IMG/VR virus record: IMGVR_UViG_3300032309_001546 | Coordinates: 64,001 to 128,000 of that record | Length of the DNA: 64,000 nt | Direction: 5' to 3' (one strand) | DNA from: a virus | Part shown: piece by piece, positions 57,171-64,000 of the stretch | Layout: every line of letters begins with the position of its first letter | Numbering within the stretch: position 1 is the stretch's first letter | Notes under the pieces: model-generated | Database searches by the model: none | What the model was told of the DNA's origin: nothing | The model's input: the letters and a program-made list of their open reading frames with translations, nothing else | Translations under genes and position numbers: made by a program

Positions 57171-57198
57171 TAATAGAAATTTAAAAAATAAGAATAGC

Positions 57199-59340
57199 AT
57201 GAAAGAAAAAATCTTAAATTTATCTGATCTTTACAAGAAGGTCGACACCGAGAGCATAGATGTTTCCTATGTTGACTATTGGAGTAAGATCCAAAACAGC
57301 ATAATTCAAGAGTACATAGATACCTATGGACTTAGAACTAAAACAAAAACAGGAGCAGCATGTTCAGTAGGATGTGAGAACTGCCAAGTCTCACATATAG
57401 AGAAGTATAAGAAAGACTATCCTACGCATCCTATTGAAAGTAAAAGAAAAATAAAAGCAGATCCTAAAGCTTTTCCAACTCATGCTTTCCAAATTAGTTG
57501 TCCTCTTATTCCTAAAGATTATCTTGAACAGTATTCTGACTTTGCCAGTGAGCTTTCTGCTGAAGAGAAAGATGCTTTAGTTATTAACACTGATCCGGTC
57601 ACATTTGCTAGTAAAATGTTCAACTGGAAACCAAGAGCACATCAAGAGATTGCACTTAGATGTCAAAGCAAAAAGAAAGTTTATCGATTTGGGCGGCGTT
57701 CTGGTAAGTCGGATGCTCTTGCTATTGAAATACTATTTCATGCATTTACTAGAATTAGAGAATATTTTGATGAAGACATTAAAGAGAAAGTTAATGGGAT
57801 TAAGATTCTTGTTTGTTGTCCTTTTGATTCTCAGGTAACTGCAATATTTAATAGAATACTTGAATTGCTTAATAGTAATGCTAGTTTAAGAAAAGAATTT
57901 AGATATAAGCAATCACCTTATCATCAGTTAAGATTGGATAATGGTGCAATTATTTCTGGGTTTACTACTGGCAGCAATGGCGCTAGCGCAGTAAGAGGCC
58001 AGGACGCTCATGTTATCATCCTTGATGAGGTTGATTACATGACTGAGAAGGACTTTACTACAATCCTTCCAATCGCCCAGTCCCATGGTGATTGTCTAAT
58101 TAGAGCTGCCTCTACCCCTAGTGGTCTTCGTAGTAAGTTTTATGAATGGTGCCAAGAAGCAGCCGACTGGAAAGAGTTTTATTTCCCAACAGCTGTTATT
58201 GATGAGACTCCTTTCGCACAGGCTAAGATCTCTTGGAAAAGTCTTCGCAATGAAATGAGACGAGAGTATACAAGTGATGGCTGGTTACAAGAAGTCATGG
58301 CTATGTTTATTAGCAACGCAGATGGCGTGTTTGCTGCTCCACTGGTTGCGAGTGCAATGGATGGCTATACTTATAGTCAAATGAGAGAAGCTAAAATGAA
58401 AGGAGACCTTGCGGGTTTTAGATACAGCCTTGGAGTTGACTGGAATACTAGCTTTGGTACTTGGATATGTATTACTGGATTTCATCCACAAGTTGGATTA
58501 CAAGTAATGGAAGTTGTTAATGTTCCTAAACAAAACTTTACTCAGCTACAAGGTCTTCAAAAAATAACTGAATTGCTTAGCTTTTGGCAACCTCATCATA
58601 TCTACGTTGACAAAGGTCATGGTGCAACACAATGGGAGACATTGAAAATGTGGTCTTCCCAGCAGAAAGCTGGGACTTACGAGTTTAATGTACAAAGAAG
58701 AATCAAAGCTTATGACTTTGGTAGTAAGGTTGCAATACGAGAGCCATCAAGTGGGCGAATTATTGAACATCCTGCTAAACCATTCCTTGTAGAAAATGCA
58801 GTTAGAAGATTCGAAGATAAGATGATTAGGTTTTCTTTTGAAGATGATTTGCTTAGAAAACAACTACTTAACTATATTATTAAGTCTCGTCAGCCTAATG
58901 GGACTCCTGTATTTGGACAAGATAATACAAGTATTGGAGATCACGCACTTGATGCATTTATGCTAAGTCTTGTAGCATTTACAATAGAAGAAGGACCTTT
59001 AGCTATGTCTAGAGGAATAGTTTCTAATTTTGGAATAACTGAAACTCTCGGACATTCTATTCTAAGCGAACAGAATCAAGATCCACATAATAAGAAATTA
59101 ACAGGTGGAGAGTTGCTAAGGCAATTGCAAAATGAAAGGAACTCTGCTATAGATAGCAGGAAAAATGGCTCTGGTCCTTATGAGAAAAAGACAGAGCACT
59201 ACAGTGACCTTGATAGAAGAGCATGGGAAAGAGATATGATTGTTACTAGAGATGGCAAAGGAAACATGGGACAAGCAATAGCTCCAGTGTTTAACTCCCG
59301 ACACAATTACCAACGACCAAGTGGTCGAACTATTAAATAG
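57199..59340 (+). CDS. terL: Terminase large subunit
   Basis: Q-motif PRAHQ, Walker A GRRSGKS, Walker B IILDEVD, ASTP coupling motif, nuclease GVDWN...YVD...DHALDA. Confidence 0.95.
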   Translation: MKEKILNLSDLYKKVDTESIDVSYVDYWSKIQNSIIQEYIDTYGLRTKTKTGAACSVGCENCQVSHIEKYKKDYPTHPIESKRKIKADPKAFPTHAFQISCPLIPKDYLEQYSDFASELSAEEKDALVINTDPVTFASKMFNWKPRAHQEIALRCQSKKKVYRFGRRSGKSDALAIEILFHAFTRIREYFDEDIKEKVNGIKILVCCPFDSQVTAIFNRILELLNSNASLRKEFRYKQSPYHQLRLDNGAIISGFTTGSNGASAVRGQDAHVIILDEVDYMTEKDFTTILPIAQSHGDCLIRAASTPSGLRSKFYEWCQEAADWKEFYFPTAVIDETPFAQAKISWKSLRNEMRREYTSDGWLQEVMAMFISNADGVFAAPLVASAMDGYTYSQMREAKMKGDLAGFRYSLGVDWNTSFGTWICITGFHPQVGLQVMEVVNVPKQNFTQLQGLQKITELLSFWQPHHIYVDKGHGATQWETLKMWSSQQKAGTYEFNVQRRIKAYDFGSKVAIREPSSGRIIEHPAKPFLVENAVRRFEDKMIRFSFEDDLLRKQLLNYIIKSRQPNGTPVFGQDNTSIGDHALDAFMLSLVAFTIEEGPLAMSRGIVSNFGITETLGHSILSEQNQDPHNKKLTGGELLRQLQNERNSAIDSRKNGSGPYEKKTEHYSDLDRRAWERDMIVTRDGKGNMGQAIAPVFNSRHNYQRPSGRTIK

Positions 59341-59347
59341 AGGACTT

Positions 59348-59785
59348 ATGGCTTTAAAATTATTTACTCTAGAAGACGATAATCAATTCCATGAAGTTGA
59401 TAACGTTACTAAGAGAATAACTTCATTTCATGACACCACTGATGGCTCATATAGCATATCTAGGTTCTACCTAGTAAATGATCCATTAGAATTAGGTTAT
59501 GAAAACATTACTATTACTCTTGTAATCAATGGACTAGAAAATGGTCCAATTTCACAAAATGGTATTGTTTATCAACTGCTAGCAATGCGCAATGAAACTG
59601 CTCTCCCAGAGAATAATGTCTGGGAAAATATTCCTTTTAATAATGAAATTGCAATATCTAACATTGAAGCTGGTGTTGAATCTTATCGCTACTTCGCACT
59701 AAGAACTTACGTTCCTCGTGGCCATGGAGCTAACTATATTAACGAAGCAAATCTAAAGGTTCTAGCTACTGAAATAACAGGTTAA
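59348..59785 (+). CDS. Hypothetical (probably structural) protein
   Basis: Start MALKLF after GAGGA; beta-rich; lies between TerL and portal. Confidence 0.7.
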   Translation: MALKLFTLEDDNQFHEVDNVTKRITSFHDTTDGSYSISRFYLVNDPLELGYENITITLVINGLENGPISQNGIVYQLLAMRNETALPENNVWENIPFNNEIAISNIEAGVESYRYFALRTYVPRGHGANYINEANLKVLATEITG

Positions 59786-59786
59786 A

Positions 59787-62132
59787 ATGAAAATTGGAAA
59801 AATTAAAAAAGATGGAGATCCTGCTCCGATTATAGGACTTGACGTAGAGCTAGCTCCTGACGGAGCAAAAGGTGTAATTAACCAAAACATTACGCTAGAA
59901 GAGGTCTTGGAAGAGACTATAAGAAATAATCCTTCGGCTATAACTGATGACTCTGGTAATGTTGATCCTGAAAAGCTTCAACAGCTTGTGAGGGATATAT
60001 CAATAAAGATTAATGCACAGTCTAACTATAATCAAACATTAGACACTCCTGTCTACAAGGCAGGTAGTAACAAGACAAACTGGGATCCAGAAGAAGTTGC
60101 AGCCTTAAAGCAATCAAATAGAGAAAGAGCTGCAGACTTAATGAGAAAGATAGAATCTTCTCTAGATAAAGTAGATAAAGAGCTTGAAGATCTTGATTAC
60201 TATATCGAGTACGACACATCTAATCCTAGATTCGTTATGCTGGCAAAGTCTCTGTTCCCAGACCACACTCTTGGAGTTTTGCAATTCAAAGAAATTAATG
60301 AACTTAAGAAACTAAGAAGTCGAATAGGGGCAATAAAGGCAGCTGAGAAGACTAATAAATATAATAAAAAAACCAATAATCCTCTTATAAATCTGAATAA
60401 AGAATTTGAGCCAGAGCTTCAGGCTGCTTTGAAGTATGCTACTTTAAAGGCAGAAGCAGCTACAATTGAATCTATGAAGTTATCCATAATGGGCAATCAA
60501 GTAGAAGCTGAACGGACTTTAGCTACAGGCACAAGAGATCTTGCTATCCAATTGGGATGGGACAGTTTTGTTAGCGATATTACATCGGCAAGAGAAAAAC
60601 CAATTAGGCTAGTAGATGAAGATGTAAGTTTTCCAAGAGATCTTCTTGAATTTGCAGGTGCCATTGAAGAAGACGAGGTTTTAATTACTGAGAATAATAT
60701 AGGCTCAAAAGTTAGTCTTATTCCTTTACAGAAGCAACTAGTAAAGGGAAAACAATCTACTGGCTATATTAGAGACTTACTTGGTAAGCTTGATGAGCAA
60801 AGTAGTTATGTTGATAATGTTCTGAATGGCAAGAAGCCTGTTCAGATAAAAAGAGGAAAGAATGGAAAGGTTGAGTATGATCCTATTACAATAGAAGATT
60901 GCTGGAAGTGTTTTAAGCTTTCCTGGGATGGACTAAAAGATTTCTCTGCCGGTATAGATATAGAATATGATGCTAAACTTGCGTTAGACAATATTGAGTA
61001 TATGTATAAGAAGATAAATTATGCGTTTGACTTACCTTACTTGATACAGCAAAATCTCTGTAGTCTTGTTAGGCTAGGCAGTTTGTGTCCAATCGAATTA
61101 GCTTTTCTTCTTTCATCTTTTCTTGGTCTATTCATGTTTACATGGAAAGAAATGTTCAGTCTTAGTGCGGCTGGATCTTTCCTAAAGGACCTACTTTTTC
61201 AAGGATTGCTTAAGCCTATCCTTGGAGGATTACAGATTGGTCTCCAGCTTTCTGTCGGGCCTCTGCCTACTTATAAAAGTTGTGTATTAAACTCAATAAC
61301 TAATCTTCAGTCTTTTGATAATACTCTTGGTAGTTATGGCTTTAAAGTAAGCGAACTATCTGATTGGCTTGATGGCAAAGCAGAAAGTGTAGAGAGTGAG
61401 AATGGACAACTTATATTGCAAAAACTTATAACTGAAGGTAAAGCTGTTGCAGGCTTTGGAGAGACTGGAAATGAAGTTAGATTAGGAGAAGATGTACTTG
61501 CTCCAATGAGAGACACAGTTGTAAGCTGGGCAGGCGGAGATACTAAGGATAAGTTCTGGACTACAGTCACTAATCCCTTACTTGGTATAGGCGCACTTGA
61601 TGCTCTTGAGATGTTTAAGGGCGCACTTGAAGATTTCACTGTATTTGCTGGAGAGCAGTCTGATATAGTTAAGTCTATCCTCAAGGCAATTGAATTTACT
61701 ATGAAGGATGAAGGAGATTCGATTGTTGAATTGGCCGCTAAGCTTGCAGGTCTTGGTACATGTATTAGCCTACTGTATGGAATCTTCAGCGGCTTTAAGG
61801 ATGCAAATATTGATGCTTGTATAAAGATGGAGATGCCAAATGGCGCAGGCAGTCCTTCAATTCTTGAAACACCTTTCACTATACCAGAGCTTGCTGAACG
61901 ATTGAATATCACTGATATTAAATATGACGAAGCGGTAATCTCAAGGAATCCTAGCGCTGAAGGTTCAGCAGAGAAAGCTCTTGGCCAACAAGCTTATCTT
62001 TATAATCCTTTAACTGATAAAAGATTTAACTTAACTAATTGCGATAGAGCAAAATCATCTATAATAAGCAAAGGCGAAAGCTTGGAGTTCTGGAAGCGCA
62101 TTGCACTAGGAGCAAATGTAGACAATGTTTAA
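59787..62132 (+). CDS. Large hypothetical protein
   Basis: 781 aa; overlaps the portal start; Cys cluster (CWKC...LC......LCP) and a hydrophobic segment. Confidence 0.75.
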   Translation: MKIGKIKKDGDPAPIIGLDVELAPDGAKGVINQNITLEEVLEETIRNNPSAITDDSGNVDPEKLQQLVRDISIKINAQSNYNQTLDTPVYKAGSNKTNWDPEEVAALKQSNRERAADLMRKIESSLDKVDKELEDLDYYIEYDTSNPRFVMLAKSLFPDHTLGVLQFKEINELKKLRSRIGAIKAAEKTNKYNKKTNNPLINLNKEFEPELQAALKYATLKAEAATIESMKLSIMGNQVEAERTLATGTRDLAIQLGWDSFVSDITSAREKPIRLVDEDVSFPRDLLEFAGAIEEDEVLITENNIGSKVSLIPLQKQLVKGKQSTGYIRDLLGKLDEQSSYVDNVLNGKKPVQIKRGKNGKVEYDPITIEDCWKCFKLSWDGLKDFSAGIDIEYDAKLALDNIEYMYKKINYAFDLPYLIQQNLCSLVRLGSLCPIELAFLLSSFLGLFMFTWKEMFSLSAAGSFLKDLLFQGLLKPILGGLQIGLQLSVGPLPTYKSCVLNSITNLQSFDNTLGSYGFKVSELSDWLDGKAESVESENGQLILQKLITEGKAVAGFGETGNEVRLGEDVLAPMRDTVVSWAGGDTKDKFWTTVTNPLLGIGALDALEMFKGALEDFTVFAGEQSDIVKSILKAIEFTMKDEGDSIVELAAKLAGLGTCISLLYGIFSGFKDANIDACIKMEMPNGAGSPSILETPFTIPELAERLNITDIKYDEAVISRNPSAEGSAEKALGQQAYLYNPLTDKRFNLTNCDRAKSSIISKGESLEFWKRIALGANVDNV

Positions 62133-63669
62133 ACTAAAAGCACAAGTTATCAATCTTAAGAATCTTGCATCATCTGTTAAGGTAATAGACGATGCTGAGA
62201 GTAAGATGCCTGCTCCTAATTTAGAGAAGACAAAAGATCCTGTCTTTAACTATAGAACCACTCGTCCATACTTTATGAACGACTGGCAGAAGCTAGAGCA
62301 TGACTTCAAAGAGATTGATAAGGTTGCTACGATTGAAGCTTACTTACAAATTAGCTTTGATAAGAAGCTTTCTTTATTTATGAAAGAGGGCTATGAGGTT
62401 ATGGGCAAGGATCCGGATCTTGTAGAGTATATAGAGCGTCGGCTAAAAGAAGTATGCTACGTTAGCCGGACTACGCCTAGGCAGTTTATAACTGATATAG
62501 CTAAGAACATTATTAGATATAGTAATTGTTTCGTCCTTGTTAAACGCAATGACAAGACATCTGGTGGCTACACTAGAACAGACTCTAAAGGGCGCAAAAT
62601 ACCCCCAATTAGCTCACTTCATATACTTCCTACCAGTATGGTACAGGTAAAGGTCAACGACCTTAAACAGCCCGTAAAGTATCGACAATACAGCGAAGAG
62701 GACTGGACAGAGAATACCCGTCCTACGACAATCTATGAGCCTAGCGAGATTATACATTTCCATGTTAATAAGCTTGAAGGCTTTATTGTTGGTACTCCAA
62801 GATGTAGTGCTGCTATTGAAGATATTAAAGCTTTACGTCGAATCGAAACTGACGTAGAAGTTTTACTTCACCAGAGTATCTTCCCAATTGTCCAATACAA
62901 GATTGGGACAGATGCAATGCCAGCTACAATTCTTCCAGATGGTAGAGATGAGATTAGTATGGTTACTGAGGTTATTAATAATCAGCCACCAGAAGGTTTC
63001 TTTGTTACTCCTGAGCGTCATGAAATTAAGATGATTGGCGCTGAGGGTCGTTCGCTCAGAGCAGAAGGTTATCTTGATTATTTCAAGAAGCGTGTTCTTG
63101 CAGCTCTTGGTCTATCAACAGTCGATATTGGTGAAGGCGATACGGCTAACAGGTCAACTGCAGCCACTATGTCTAGTAGTCTTATTAATGCTGTTAAGAG
63201 TGACCAGCTTGTTCTTGAGGAACAAATTTACGCTAATCTTATTGTTCCTCTTTTACAAGAGAGTACAGAGGATAATTCATTTGACTGGCTTGAGCCAAAG
63301 AATAAAATTATTCTAAGATTCAAAGAAATAGATGTTGAAAATCAAATAAAGAAAGAAAATGCTGCAATTCAGCTATGGTTGAATAGCGCAATCACGCATG
63401 ATGAACTAAGAGATCGTATTGGTATGTCAAGCTCCACAGATGATGACTGGGATCACTCATACTATAAGATGGTTACGGAGGCTCAAGAACTTCTTAGACT
63501 TGGAGCTAATCCAATGTCTCCGCTTGCTGAGACTTCTGCGAAGAGCGATAAGACTCCAATGTCTTCCGGTGATTTACAGAAGGCAAGAGATCTAAGAGCT
63601 GGTGCTGAGGCAAAGAAAGCAGCTGCCCCTGGACAAGATCCAGCAGATATTAAAAAAAAAATTCAATAG
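62125..63669 (+). CDS. Portal protein (frame probably extends beyond 63669 by a -1 shift)
   Basis: Position after TerL; YSNCFV.VKR, EIIHF......GTP....A.EDI..LR.IE, LG......GEG.TANRSTA, IT.DE.R..IG. Confidence 0.85.
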   Translation: MFKLKAQVINLKNLASSVKVIDDAESKMPAPNLEKTKDPVFNYRTTRPYFMNDWQKLEHDFKEIDKVATIEAYLQISFDKKLSLFMKEGYEVMGKDPDLVEYIERRLKEVCYVSRTTPRQFITDIAKNIIRYSNCFVLVKRNDKTSGGYTRTDSKGRKIPPISSLHILPTSMVQVKVNDLKQPVKYRQYSEEDWTENTRPTTIYEPSEIIHFHVNKLEGFIVGTPRCSAAIEDIKALRRIETDVEVLLHQSIFPIVQYKIGTDAMPATILPDGRDEISMVTEVINNQPPEGFFVTPERHEIKMIGAEGRSLRAEGYLDYFKKRVLAALGLSTVDIGEGDTANRSTAATMSSSLINAVKSDQLVLEEQIYANLIVPLLQESTEDNSFDWLEPKNKIILRFKEIDVENQIKKENAAIQLWLNSAITHDELRDRIGMSSSTDDDWDHSYYKMVTEAQELLRLGANPMSPLAETSAKSDKTPMSSGDLQKARDLRAGAEAKKAAAPGQDPADIKKKIQ

Positions 63670-64000
63670 CGCCGCCTAGTGGCAAAGCTAATGCTAATGC
63701 TGTTAGACCTACAAATCAGCACGGTACTAAAAGTGGTCCGGGAAGTTTAGTTACTAATAGTATCTTGGACTTCGATGAATATAGAGAAGATGTAAATGGA
63801 CTAGTTAGCCATCTAAAAGAGAAGGCTGACTATGACATTCATCCTGAGTTTACTGTTGACGCTGCCTTTGAGCGTTTCTCTATTATGCTTAAAGACAACA
63901 GTATTAAGGCTTACATAAAAGGCTACTCTGAATACGCCGACTCTTCTAACTTAACGAATGAGACGCATACTGGTAATATAGAATTCCAGCTAAAGGTTCA

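Overview
A 64-kb segment of a large tailed dsDNA phage genome (standard genetic code) in three parts. (1) 1-24 kb, AT-rich, all minus strand: nucleotide metabolism and repair genes (deaminase fragment, ATP-dependent ligase, canonical PurA, SPL-family radical SAM enzyme, UvsE), a tRNA cluster with a minimal TilS, a MoxR-ATPase/VWA pair and many hypotheticals. The tRNA-Leu(UAA) is split by a group I intron that encodes an HNH endonuclease. (2) About 24.5-45.6 kb, minus strand, increasingly GC-rich, a probable early module. It holds two SSB-like genes and a 2265-aa polyvalent protein whose core has the ordered motifs of single-chain two-barrel (cRdRP/YonO-like) RNA polymerases but a variant DYDD catalytic loop. 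It also holds about 14 small single-gene cassettes separated by a conserved terminator + ATACTTAAATAGT element, template-strand GC-GCA-GC triloop hairpins ahead of several genes, two tRNA-like elements, and three ORF-free hairpin-dense regions (one about 1.55 kb) that look like non-coding RNAs. (3) 46-64 kb, AT-rich, plus strand: packaging/structural arm with a TerS-like gene, a DEDDh+SNase dual nuclease, two large low-complexity proteins, TerL and a portal whose frame continues in -1 at an A10 run. The best candidate for an undescribed system is the early module: variant RNA polymerase, its candidate promoters, the cassette array and the large structured RNAs. All assignments come from reading motifs by eye; no searches or folding programs were run.
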